Shown: positions 24,846 through 45,890 of the stretch, piece by piece | Layout of the letters: the number at the start of each line of letters is the position of its first letter | Numbering within the stretch: the stretch's first letter is position 1 | DNA from: Balanoglossus misakiensis | Lineage: Eukaryota > Animalia > Hemichordata | NCBI GenBank assembly: GCA_040954595.2 | Contig: CM082593.2 | Coordinates: forward strand, 4,481,434-4,545,433 | Direction of reading: 5' to 3' | DNA length: 64,000 nt | Made by a program: the position numbers and the translations under genes | The notes under the pieces: model-generated | Seen by the model: the letters and a program-made list of their open reading frames with translations, nothing else | Database searches by the model: none | Told to the model about the DNA's origin: nothing

Positions 24846-27800
24846 AAGATTAGCTGGCTAGTTAATTGACGTTCGGGCCAATTGGATAACCGATTGAGTA
24901 ACTTCTTACAGTGATAGCCCGTTCGACCATTATATTTTTCCATATCGGCAAACTTTGTCACCTTTACTTTGGTTTCACATAGATTCAAGTCGTGACACGC
25001 ATTGGGAATTAGAATAAGACGGCCAGCGAATAAAATGGCGATAAAGTCATGTCACACCTAAGACACGTTTCTGTAGTGAGACAATCGAGACCAGGGTTAC
25101 CATATGCGTCTATGACTGCTGACGGGAGTCTTTCAACGAAGTTCTGTAATTATTTCTACATTGAGCCCCATAAGAGGACAATAGCCAAGGTCTGCTTATG
25201 TAGATATCAAGGCTACTGTACTCTTATATAGTTTACAACCTTTGCTTATATATGTTTGATCATGCCCTTGTTAATTTAGCATTCAATTCAATGAAATAAG
25301 TGGAAGTTACAATGTGATGGTTTGGGGTGGTATCGGACAGAGGAAAGTTATAGTCTTAAAAACTTCACTTTCATTCCATTTTGTTTACTGGAAGATTTTG
25401 TTTGGTACGAAAAAAGGCAGAGACGTCTGTTTGAAAAGCAATGTAGGTTTTGACCTAAGGACTGCCAAATCCCCTTGTGGCCGAAAGAATTCTCGGCCAT
25501 TTGGGATTTGGGGCTTGGCTTAGTTGTTGTTAGTTTTTTAATTTTTGCATTCCTTTGAAGATTGAGAATAGTACCTGTAAAAGTCGAGGTAACGACTCCT
25601 TCTTCGGGTCATCGGTGAACTGGGCTCACATAAATCAAGCAAATATATTCTTCGCTTTGTGCCGTGTTTCATTGAACGCCGAAGTTGGTAGCACCCGGTT
25701 TGTTACTTCTCCGCATTGGACGCTATTGAGAGCGGCTTAATAGCCCGTGACGAATTGGTACGTAGAGGCGAGAGCAAAAGCAGCCTAAAAATAAACCTTA
25801 AGAAAAACTGAAAGATAGATTGATTAATAGGCGATAGAATATCAATCAAACCGTCGACATCCTCACAAATGTTAACCTCAAACAATGCTGACTTCAAGCA
25901 GTTTTTATACGCGATGGCGTCTTCACTATCTAAATTACAATGGGGCTCTTATCTGAAACATTCCAACCCCGTCTATTTATTGTTTTCATTCTCCTCTCCA
26001 CTAGTTTATGATTTGCGAGTCTCTGCTTTTACCTGGAATCTAAACTGCTCATTATTTTCTTAAAACCGTGTAAAGTTTGCCAATAAAATGTTGGGGGATT
26101 CTCGAAGTTGTCTGTTTTTAGCACCAGTCTATGCCGAATCTGATCTACTTAGGGTAGTAACAAATTCTTGTGGGACTCCATATAGTAGAATGGTGGTATC
26201 TAAACACAGCAAATCAGATTTTATAATGTGTTCATGCATTTTACAAGCACACATAAACTTTGGACCAAGCCTACTCTACAAAATACCTATGGCAAATAAC
26301 ATACAATAACGTGTCCCCAAGTCACGTGTTAGTCAAAGCCTATCGCCTTATCAAAGAGTACGTTAAACGGCGACCAATATTGGAAGCATTCGCGTATATA
26401 TAGCGCTTCGGTAATTAGGAGCGAATTATAAGGTATCTTTCTTATAACTGTAGGTTAGTTAAGATATATGCAATAATTGAGAGTCTTGACATCAGGGGGT
26501 AAGGTATCGAGAGCGTGGTACACTAACAAACGATCAGCAACCCGTCAAAACACAATGACTGTGTCCTGTGTGTGCACATCTCTGTGTCTTAGTACGCATC
26601 CTCAGACACAGACGAAAACTCATCCTATCACGCCGCTTAACATGAAAACTGCAACATCTTAATCAATCGCGTGCTTACCGATCACTATGGAAACCAATGG
26701 ATGAGTGGCTACAGACGGGGGAAAAGTTTGTACCACGATTTGATTGTTGAAACCTCTGATAAATCTAAGTTAAAAGTGACTGTTCCTATTGGTCTGAACG
26801 TTCCAGATTTGACACGAATACAAACAAACAGTTGGCCGGACAGATTTCCGCCGGCTATGTACATAAATAAAAACTCGACAATAAATCGTGAGGTGGAAGA
26901 GAAGAAAACGTGGGACTGAAAAACAGTTTTGATTAAAAGGAGAAGGTACCTGTCGCCCAAAAGGACGCCGCGAGCAGTTTGAAAGTCTAACAAATAGTCA
27001 GCAGGAAATAGGGCCACGACTTTGGCAGGAATTCATTTGACGCGAATTCCTGACTGCTTTTTTGTTCTCGGTCATCTATCACTTTTTGGCATCCATGAAA
27101 AAAACACACTCTCAATTCACTTTGTGGGGGTTCACGCAACACTGAAAGAATGGCGAGAAACTGTTCGGCTGTGGTAAGCTGAGCTGCGGTCGCCCACGCT
27201 GGAAACTGCTGAAACAATAGAGCAGGTTTTGGGGATAATTAAAGTCGATAAGAAGTCCATTTTCTGGACACGTTCTGTTACACCCCACAGAAAAGATATT
27301 ATGTCGCCTTAAATGACCTCTGACCTTAAGGTTCGGGTCATACTTATGGGATGGATTGCTCAGTTGAAATGTCTGCACTTTTTCGGTCGGCGATTGAATA
27401 AATGAACGAACTTCAGTCGATATGAGTATCAAACGTTCGCGAAGATGGAATATGGAAACATGAAATAATCATTAGGAGGAAGGTTGAACGGTGGTTATAT
27501 AGTATCACATTGAAGGGAAAATCACACTGACAAGACAGAACCACTGAACGCAATTGACGGTTCTGGAGCCAGAGTTACTCCAATCTGCCCTGGCCTTCCG
27601 TCACCGATAAAAACCGTGACGGTTATTATTATCTCAGATAACTTCCTTTATTCTACTTTCGCCGTAACTGTACCTGTTTTTATTTTTTAACAAAAACAGA
27701 AAAACGCAAAGTACGCAAACAACAAAATTATACAATTATTAATCCCACACAAGACGACAAAACAAACCATAACGCCGATTAATTGTTTTCTTTGGTTATC

Positions 27801-29127
27801 CATCATCCAATGTGATAAAAGTAATTCTCGTGGGTGGGTAGAAGCAGCGAGAAGTAAGGTGCGTTGCTCAAGGGCGCTACATCGCGGCTTGTCCAGCCAT
27901 CGTCTGATAGTAAGCCAACATGTATATACCCCGGTCTGTCATAGATCGAGGCATTGTTCGCTCTATTCGTGAAATCACTTGAACTCACTTGGATCAAGAC
28001 ACTTCTCCTGAAGCACACTGTAAACTCCTCTTTAATAAGTAGAGATGATCAGACCGTTTATGGATTAGTGGATATGATGTAAAGTAACGAACGTTTGTGG
28101 TTGTGTAGGTTTAACACGGGTCAATCTAACTGAATGAGAGCGGCTGGGTAATTGTACAAAGGTAACACAAGTGCTCAGCACCCCGTCGTAAGTGCTCCGC
28201 TAAAACAAACACTTCACCCTAAGGACCTCCAACCACTGAATAAATAGTTGTCATGGTAACCTCCGGTTGGCTAAACGTCTTCAATCGAAATTGGGAAATC
28301 TCGAAGTGAGTTTAATGGGCTATATTACAAATTAAACGCTGTTGACCAATAATTCACACTCTTCGCTTCGGCGCCTTTTGATGAGGGACAAGGGTGCTAC
28401 CGTACCGCGTTCAATCCTTTGGACTGAAAAAAAGAACACAACAGTTATTAAAGTCGCTGATTGTTGTGTTTATGTGTCAGTGCGACCAACAGCTCAAATG
28501 CTCACCTTGTATGGTACAAACTAAGGCAACGGAGACGAAAAATAAACCTTAATTGTGAGGAATTGTTTTGTTGGTCACTATACGTTGTCATGGGCGGAAA
28601 AAATAGTCCGATTTTTGGCTTAGATTTAATTTCCACGCATTCTTGATAGGTTAAAGAATTCGTCGTCATCGAAAAAGAACATTTTAGTTGTATATTTATT
28701 GTTTATAGTCGATAAAGGTGGACGTTGATTTTTTTCAGGTTGGGTTTCACTTCCAATAATAGCCTCGTTATAGGATTACCCACTTTGCATGAGTTCCGCA
28801 TGAAATCAAAAACAGCTATTCGTGGGAAACCTAGTATCTTTGCATTTCCAGTGTCGGGTAACGTCTAATTTAACACCTTTCTTTCTTCCATTTCTCTATT
28901 GTTCATTCTTGCGGGATTTTTCTTGTAAACTTCGATTGATATTTTTTGGCGAAATGTTTAAAAAAGAGGTGAGCGTGTGTTTTTGTTTGTATGCGCAAAG
29001 TACGCCTGGCTTCGACTGGCTTTTGTTGGCGACAGTGTCGGTTTTCTGACACTTGTTGAATGTTGACGTTTGCTGACACTAAGTACCGAACGGCAAAGCG
29101 ACGCTCATCAAACGCGGCGCTCACTTG

Positions 29128-29152
29128 ATGTTGTTGTTGTTGTTGCTACCAA

Positions 29153-29223
<71 letters not shown>
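29128..29223. repeat. (GTT)5 plus perfect (CAT)23 microsatellite
   Basis: CAT is repeated 23 times from 29153 to 29221. This explains the poly-I, poly-M and poly-S ORFs in the track. Confidence 0.95.
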
Positions 29224-30892
29224 ATTTCGCCGTTGTTGTTTCGCAAACGTTCAAGGAATCCCTCTTTTCTACATCAAATGCCTGGGTTTTATTATATTCA
29301 AACGTAATTAACATTAGTAAACAAAGACTCTTTCGTCTACCGTAAGAGTAACGTGGCCATATCATTCTGGCAAATGTTTGCAGAGAACCAGATGTCAGCG
29401 AGAAAATTTTCCTAATTTGATTGAAACTGTAACTGTTTTATTGGCTTGCTGTTTCGATGACTTTTCACAAGGCAAAGCGGAACAATGGGAACAATAATAC
29501 CACTGCTGCACACAGACATACCACAGAGGATATAGGACAATAGTAAAACTCATTCTAATTTATCATTAATGGTGGGTTCGTTTATCCCCATTATGGGCAC
29601 CATCGGTAGGGAGATCTTTGTATAGCTTTCTCTACCTATGTGTATCTGTCTGTCTGTCTTGCTGTCTGTCCCTCTCTCTCATCACCCCGTTAAGTGAACA
29701 GGAATATATTGGATCAAAATCTTGATAATTGGAGCAGAGGTAATAAAAAACAGCTTGCAGGTATGGTCCGACATGAACCAATCATTTTCATCGCTGACAC
29801 GTCACCATGTCATCGAGGCAAAGTCTGCGAAAGGCAATAATACGGGTCCCTTTGAATATGATAGCGAGACGAATTAATTTAGCCAAGCGTAATGGAGCAA
29901 GCAGTCAAAGGAAGATACGTTTTAATCGTCTTTAATGTTGTTAGCAATGTCTGAACTGTGGCGCGAGTTCACCACCGACTAGACGAATTAGCCGGCTTGG
30001 TTAGCAAGCATTTGAATTGTGGTATTTGAGTAGGTACTAATTGGAATTCGTCTATCACGCAGTTGGAAAAGTAAAGAAAATCATTAATATTTTAGTATTC
30101 ATACAATCATCGTCGCCATCATAGTAGCATTCTGAGGACATTGACATGAATTAGCAGAATGTTTTCCCACTTATAACGCTATACATCCAACAAAAACTAC
30201 CAGTTGTAAGTTACTTTTTTACCTTTTCTCAAGATAGGCTGGTCATGTGATAGTGATATCGAAGTAAGCCAAATTCTACATTTTATTTTGAATATAGAAT
30301 AGCTGAAAATTTTGTTTTAATCGCCAATGATGCTTTTTTCGATTATTTGTGTGCGTTTTATTCATATGCGTGGGGTGATGAAAACCAGTGAATAGCTTAT
30401 TGGTAGAGACAAAAGAACTACATTGCAGCGTTGTATATGGTCTATACTTTGGTGACAAGATAGCCGATGGGACAGCGGAGCAAACCCACAACTGGCGAAG
30501 AACGTTGCGAGGGAAAATAGAAGCAAATTCCTATAAAAAGTCGCAGCCATGTTTACTAAACCGACCACAGATGCCGTCGAGCTTGCCATGGCCACTATCC
30601 ATATGCCGGCAGTTTGCCGAACAACAGGTGATGTGCTAAACGCTCGGCAGGTGGTAGAAGCGAAAACGAGAAATTAAACGACATTTAAATTGTCATTCAG
30701 TCGATTAATACGAGGAACATGATGGAAATATTGATGTCGATTAATTTGGCCCGCTGCATATTGTGAATGTTGGCTTGTGTCCCTCCCCACGAGTGATCAC
30801 CATTTTTTGCTATTGTCCGTCAATTTCAATGCGTCAATTACTATTAAACCCTCTCTTTTCAAAACATGTTTCTCGATACCGTTGTCTCACCG

Positions 30893-30893
<1 letters not shown>

Positions 30894-30928
<35 letters not shown>

Positions 30929-30957
30929 GATATCTTTCTTTCTTTCTTTCTTTCTTT
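30894..30957. repeat. (GTCT)n / (TTTC)n microsatellite
   Basis: tgtctgtctgtctgtctgtctgtctgtctatctatc...tctttctttctttctttctttctttc read directly. Confidence 0.85.
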
Positions 30958-31873
30958 CCATCCACCGAGTCATCACCCATCCGTTCCCAGCTTCGATAAT
31001 GTTTCAATTTGGTACGTAGTTTTTAATTAGCTTAAATTTCCTTCCCCTTTTTTATCATTTTGTCGGATGCTCATCAGTTCATTTTTGATTTTACTGGTTT
31101 TTATTCTGTATATATGTTCTGTTTCTGCTGTGGGGTGTATTTGTGATATATGTGTTTATTTCTTTTTGGAACCTGTGAATGATTCCATGATGGACGACCG
31201 CGCGTGGGATGACGTGTCTGATGTCAGAGGATAAAAACGAGGGCAGCTGAGAACAGTCAGATAGCAGTCACACAAAGGTTTAAGGTTATGAAAACATAAA
31301 CACTTTGCTTGGGTCTTTTGACTTAAAGTTTAGAAAAATATTGTTTCAGTGGTTTACATGGTTATGCCGAAACAATTGTAGCTGATACTATAATAGAATG
31401 TTTCGTTGTAACTCTTGATTTATTTCTTCCGGGCGGGATGTGCCACGTGATAGGTTCTTTCCGGGTTTAATTTTCAAATTAAACATTTTTAAAATGTCCT
31501 TTTGTGTTGGTTGCCTTTCTGTTGGCATGATACGGGGATGCGGTGTTGCGAATCGTTCGCTGTAGCGGAAACGTGTCCCGCAGCTAAAATCGGTTTCAAA
31601 TGGCAGACTAGACTGTCACAGACACGTTTCAAATTCGGATAGCTGGGGTTCGTCCAGGCAGTTTCCCTAAAGAGATCGGATGTATGTGTCTTGCTAAATA
31701 TTCGACTATTTTTCTTGTCTTGTGTTTTCAGGTAAATTGATATTGATGCTCTCTCTGAGTAGGTACATGTAGCTTGTGGCCTTTTTTATTGGTATACGAC
31801 CGCGTGTAGCGGAAAATACATTGCCATCCTCCACAAGTACATGTGATAGCTTACCTTACAGTCCATGATTAAA

Positions 31874-32073
31874 GCGCCCTCTGCTGTCCACCGATATCGG
31901 CGCTCCTCTCGAAATGGTATTTGCTTTGCAATTTTTTTTTGCTAGACTTGTATCAGTTATAAATTTATAAAAACGTTATAACTTTTAATTTTTGCCAGGA
32001 ATTATTGTATTTTATTTTATATGTACTGTATTGTAATTTATTATAATTTCAGTTGTAGACTGCCCTCTACTGG
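31874..32073 (-). promoter_or_regulatory. Tandem CTCF-like motifs, same orientation
   Basis: Minus strand reads TGGACAGCAGAGGGCGC (31874-31890) and CCAGTAGAGGGCAG (32060-32073). Both match the CCASYAGRKGGCRS core. Confidence 0.5.
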
Positions 32074-33700
32074 ATGGGATTACATTGTGCCTTAGACGGG
32101 GGTCGCATAATTCGATCGGCCTCTTGCCTATTTCGCCAACACCTCAGCTGACAGCGTTCGGTTTTTCGCTCTAGTTTTTTCACGTTTCCTACGATTTTAA
32201 GGCAAGTGCTTGTACGTCTTAGGGTACCAACCCTTCGTAACCATTATCTACATAACGCACCAAAGAAATGTATCCAATATTATTTTTACGTGAAGCGCAT
32301 TTTCCAAGAACAAATAGGCGATCATCTCCAGCAATGTGGTCAGGGACGTGCGGTCACGTTGGTCTGGACGATGGCGATTTAAATGGCAGAGATGGGGGGG
32401 GGGGGGGGTAACTTTTTAGAAACTAGACCGTGACATAAAAACACAGATACCACATGTGGTTATACTGTATAATGTCGGGTCTCGAACGAAACTAATCCGT
32501 CGATTACTAGTACACGTGTCGATTAAAAAATAGAATGTGTTGTAGCCTTAGGGTCACCGAATCAAGTTCAACAAACCAAAGGAGTGTGCATGTTGCAAGA
32601 TTATTGACTCACAGGGCCATGTTGATTAGTCGGTTGACGTTAAAAGAACATTAATCAGTGATATAAATGCCAGAGATGAATCGTTTTGTGGACAAGATTG
32701 TCAACATGTGACAAATGCAAGTAGTTTCAGTGAATTAGCGCAATTAAAAGTGATTAGGAGACCTACAGCCATTATACTATTGTACTCGCGTACAATGCAC
32801 CCCGTTCTCAGTCAGTATTGTTTCTCTTCTAATTTGCATGACAAAGCCAGCCACATGAAAGATCTTGGGTCATCAAAAACAAATTGGGTCGACTTTTTGA
32901 CTGCTGTTTAGCGGATGGAGATGCGTTTACCACCTTCTCGCTTTTGTCACCCTATGTTTCAGCCATGGTTGTGTCATTGAATGAATTCCACATAGGTGTG
33001 TTAGAATCGTAAAAGTGTAAAAACTATTTCATTGTATGAGATATTACAAGGACAGTCTTTTACGAAGCGGTCATCTTCAAATGTTTTTTTCTGTTACGTA
33101 CTGCGTACTTGACAATGACAATGTATTCACAGTCAAATTTGCCTTAGGATTCACGATCAGTGTGGATTAAATTTAATTAAAGTGATTAGTGAAGAATAAA
33201 ATTAAACTTTCAATGGATGAAATTGGATACATACTCATTAGAATAATATGCCATCTAACAGGTGGTCAACGGTAATCCACAGATTATGTAAATATTGTCT
33301 CTCAACTTCTAAGGGTACGTGAACCTTTGTTTGTTTGCATACTCGCATTTTAAAGAACACCGGAACACCGCCCCCCCCCCTCCCCTCCGTAGTGACGGAT
33401 CGGTGTTGCAACGAAGTGCGCCACACGCGGCAGTCCAACTAACGCCTTGGAAACGAATGCTGACGTTGAGGGCGCATATGCAAACTTCTGACACTCTTTG
33501 AAAAAGTTTTATTTCTTCGTGAGAATGCAACTATTTGGGAGTGGGCATGATTCTAATTCAAAATAGACAAATGTGTATAAAGGAATACACACATTTCTAC
33601 GTTATTCAATGTGTATGACTATTTGTACTGATATGCCATTGAAATCAGGATTTACTTACATCAAGACATCAAATGAAGATTGAATTTAAAAAAATGTCTG

Positions 33701-33886
33701 TTTATTTACAAATGAAGATTATGCATAGTAGATGAGAGAAAAGAAGTTGAAGTTAAGTTTGTAACAAGACTTCTACCACACAACTGTTTCTACATCATAA
33801 AAAAAACGTCACAAAACATACAAATGAATGATTTTTAACAATGACACATCAAATCTTTTACAAGATATCTCAAGTATAAAATAAAA
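33701..33886 (-). terminator. Probable MELK poly(A) signal with nearby cytoplasmic polyadenylation elements
   Basis: The first minus-strand AATAAA I found after the MELK stop is at 33701-33706. U8AU lies at 33797-33806 and overlapping UUUUAU motifs at 33876-33886. Confidence 0.5.
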
Positions 33887-35396
33887 TAACGGTATTCAGA
33901 AAGTCGATTACCTATGGATAGGTCAATCACTTACTTTCTTAATCTTACATTATTAGTCAGTACCGTTGATCATCAAATCATTCATGTCAATTAAGCAGGT
34001 TTTTTCAATTCTTATACATGTACATCGACATTATTTCTAATTGAGAGTTTGTAAACAGTGAGTGAATGACAAACTGCCTTGCTGGTCAAAGCCGTCCTAT
34101 GTACTCATCATGGCAGCAAAATGATAAAATTCTCACAATTTGATCTTTTTTTAAAAGTTCCATAAAACCCAACTGCAATAGTTCTACATACATGAAATCA
34201 AAATACATAATATTCAGTCATTTCACAGTCTTATACTTTCTCGTGCAATGCATACTGTTTGAGATAAAAAACTTCACAGACAAAATTTGCTTTAAATACA
34301 AAAGATTGGCATCTTTTATCCTTTCTTGAGTAGGAAACCTTGGTCCAAACACCATGAACTCCATCTATGTGGCGATGTTGGTCGATAACGGGTTGAAATC
34401 TGACTGTTTGTAATACTGGATTAAAAGATGTTACAGACTCATGAATAATTGAAATACCTGTCATATTGAAGTACAAATGTTGTATATATTTCTGCATAGC
34501 ATTTGCAAGTTTGTCTCATGTCTTTTTTTCCGGTATGCTTGTAGACTTGCACTGGGACAGAAATCTAGGATGTAGTTAGTTATGTATGATTTTAATCTAC
34601 TTTGTGGCAAATACCGTAAGGCACATGAATTGCAGTGGTGTGGACTTGTTTCCACAGTGAGTAGCAAATGTTCAATTCTTGTCTTTAATTTGCATCAGTA
34701 TCACTATGGCAACAACAATCATGCCACACCCATATGTCCCTAACTACACTTCTAATGACTCTACCTTAATTGCAGACAAAATTTATATCCATCATTTATA
34801 ACATCTACTGAAAATAATATCTAGAACTAGGAGACTGCTTTGACTTGCACTATGACTTGAAATACTTTCTTCTAACATCTAAAATTTTGCAAAAGAAATG
34901 GTGCGAGACTTGTTATACTCCCACATCCAATTAAATTTTTCTATTTTTACCAATAAATACAGATATTTTACAGAAAACAGCCCTGTACCGGACCATTGCT
35001 GTGCATTTTGACAATAATTGTGCTAGGCGTAGCGACACTCACAAGCTGCTGGTTTTAAGGCTAGTGTCTCATAATTAATTGTAACTTTCACCTTGCATGG
35101 CACTTGGCAGTGAAATACTCCATATATATATTCATGCTGTAAATTCAGTTAGTAAATAAAAAACATGTTGTATTATGCATAGAAAAATCTCATACATGAA
35201 TTAGAATTTTGACGTGTGCTGGAATCAGCATAACCTTCCACCCCTGCATTTGTTGTATAATGGAATGATCCTTGTCACTAGCTAGTAGAGGTAGGCAACA
35301 TTTCAAAGAAACCAGGGGATGATGGCATGAAAATTGTCGATGTATTTTCAATGTCTGTGTTGAGCCAGCTGAATTTTTCCCAGTGTTATATTTGAG

Positions 35397-43122
<7,726 letters not shown>

Positions 43123-44369
43123 GTCTATCCTTAGTTTGTCGCTCTTTTCACTCTCAATGATAATTTCTGGGAGATCTTGTCTGTGAAGACAAAAGAACAA
43201 GAATTCTGTCAGTTGTCATGCCACCTTACCAGTACACGTACCAAATCGAATACAATCCCCCATCAGAATTCGTTTATAGAAATCATACTTTTCATCATTC
43301 CTAGCTAAATGTACATGTAACACTTTTCATCGAAGACTGACAAAAATATGGTGTTTACTATGTGGGTGTTAATCTTCCAGATTACCATTCCTGAATATCA
43401 AAACGTTTGCCCCCGAGAGGCCCCAGGACAAGATAATAAAGTCCAGATGAAATTTCTTTGTCATAGATCACAAATGATTTATTACACCAATCACGGAAAT
43501 TCTTCCATCCTCAAGTTATTGCATGTGTACCATATGCTGGGGAATTGCTCAAAATTTGTGGCAGTATGCTATGAATCAAAGAACCTCGTTACCGTATAAT
43601 CAATTGGGAAATCGTCTTAAGAAAGCTGATTGCATGGATATTGAAATTTCCACTTTTTGTTTAGGAAATCAATTTTTTGTTGAAATATCGCTACATGGTA
43701 TGTTCTAAACTCTGAAGTCATCCCATTAGATGCAGCCAGTACGCAATTAATATGCTATACACATGTGAACTTAATTTAATGACAAGAATGGCCTACATTA
43801 CTTAGACTACTAAAAGAAAGAATATGGATATCTGAGACGTTATCAAAAAATAAACTATTCAAATTGTGAGGACATTTGTCTGAAACTGTATGTCTATTTC
43901 ATGGCTTTGTCTAAAAAATTCACATAAATGTTAACTATGCAGGTAATACATGCAGAAGATAAGATCCAGCTGCAATTTTTCTTTTTACTCTTTCATTTCC
44001 AGAGCGAAAATGCAATAGAGTACAGCTTACTTAGTGTATTAATCTAAAAACCATATGAAATATGAAGTCTCCCGGGAACGGTGACATTCAGATATTAAAT
44101 GTGGGATTGGTTTTCGCAGAATGTAATCATTAATATGAGTGCATTCATTTTCCAATGGAAAAAATATGACAGCTGATAACAAATGAGTGACACACTGCAG
44201 ATAAGAAAGACAAGGAAATATATACCAAGGTAATATTAAAACTTAATGAAGTGGGTACCCCTGGATAGCTTTCAATTGTCAGAGATATTGAAAAGAGTTC
44301 AGCCTGTGTGTGTGTGTGTATCATATGTGGAAAAAGCCAGGCTTATCTCAATTTTTTTTCACTTCCATA

Positions 44370-44483
44370 TAACTGTATGTCTTGTTTTCTTTTAATTTTA
44401 ATTTATCAAATATAATTTAGAATGAGTAACTGTATGTCTTGTTTTCTCTTAATTTTAATTTATCATATATAATTTATAATGAG
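44370..44483. repeat. Tandem duplication, 2 x 57 bp
   Basis: The unit taactgtatgtcttgttttc(t/c)...aatgag occurs at 44370-44426 and 44427-44483 with 3 substitutions. Confidence 0.9.
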
Positions 44484-45813
44484 TGAAAGATGATTATCAG
44501 TAAAATATAAATGCCAGTTCTGTCATGCCGTGAAATGTCAAAAGTATTCTGACATCAAATTAGTTCTCGTGACATGGACCACAGTGACAACATGTGTGAG
44601 ATTTATAACACTGATGATACCATACACGATAATTGGGTCAGGCGTTATGTATTTTTAGCAACCACTAGGAGTTATCGTGAACAAGTACATAGAGTATGTG
44701 ATTCCAGCTACACACTTGTGACCAGTCGCTATGATATCCCATGATTCCAACTGTTTGTGTCAACTGTTTGATATACATGCAGAGCACTCAGAGAAACTGG
44801 TTTTTATCCAGTACAATTTCTGCAAACTTGCCCCATGTTACGATACTAGCATGCTACACCGAAATCTTCTTGCATAATTTGCAATATTTTATACTAACCT
44901 CATAGTATTGACCACAATTTAGCGCCATGGAAACCCAAGTGGGAGCTTTAATACAATATCTTATGAGAAAGTTCACTTAATTGGTTTTCTGGATTCAACG
45001 TTTCCTAGCATAGCTGGTACACCGGGAGATTTTAGTTTCTGATGGAAATACTTTAGAGGATGTTCTTCGCATCATTCACTTGCAATGCCGCAGTGCTATC
45101 CCGCCCACGCACTGCCTTCAATTTTCTGCCGAGTTGGTACGTCATCCAGCTGAGCATTTCATCTCTAGCAGGGAGGAATGTTTATTGCTCAACTTGAGTT
45201 CACTGCAACACTTCAATTGAACTTTGAAGAGCAGTGCGTACGGGCAGCTGCATGTGACACTATGAATCATTCTCTCCATTCAAAGCCCACACCTCCCGCC
45301 TCCCTCCCCACAGCATACAAATACTGCCAATGTACAAAGTATTGGAGCATGCATGCATGTATAAAGACTCACTGACTTTCCAATTTTAATAACTACCAAA
45401 AAGAAATTAAACCACGTCCGAGTCTAAACCACAAGTATGTGATGTGGTTGTCACTTTAAGCAAAAGTTTGAAACTGATTCACCAATTGGCTCATGTTATT
45501 TTCCATTCATAAGATTTTATTCTGCTTAATGAAACATGCTGAAGTGTTTGTCATCAGAGTATGAAGGTCTGGCCTAAACTGGTCATGTGGACGCATTGCT
45601 CTGGGCCTGGTCTCAGCTGGGGACACTGTTAATTAGGCTAACCTTGAGTCAGGCACTGACTTCAATTTCAAATGTTTACATGCAACTGTGTGGCGATACC
45701 CCCCTGAGCGAATTTTTGAGCTATGGCCATAAATGGACTACAGACAGGACATTATCCCCCATGCTGTGCTTTGAGCACATGGAAACAAACAAGCAAACAA
45801 ATAAATAAATACA

Positions 45814-45890
45814 TGTAAAGTTAAACCTGTCTATAGTGGTCAGTCAAGGGACTTTCCTAAACTGGCCTTTATAGACAGGTGGACTTTACA
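45814..45890. mobile_element. Short pogo/Tc1-mariner-type MITE remnant with inverted arms
   Basis: TGTAAAGT-TA-AACCTGTCTATA ... TATAGACAGGT-GG-ACTTTACA. Resembles the common TACAGTnAAACCTGTCTATA MITE terminus. Confidence 0.5.

Noticed and set aside
27789-27800. TCTTTGGTTATC, identical to the first 12 nt of miR-9
   Set aside because: The match stops at 12 nt and there is no complementary star arm or hairpin.
29070-29365. ORFs with poly-Ile, poly-Met and poly-Ser tracts
   Set aside because: These are translations of the (CAT)23 microsatellite in different frames and strands, with no splice or start context.
43123-43180. 19 open in-frame codons upstream of the MELK ATG (QDLPEIIIESEKSDKLRID), suggesting an N-terminal extension
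   Set aside because: Splicing to the 49412 exon gives an in-frame TAA with no ATG, and I found no compatible coding exon. An open run this short is common by chance, and the ATG at 43122 matches the vertebrate start.
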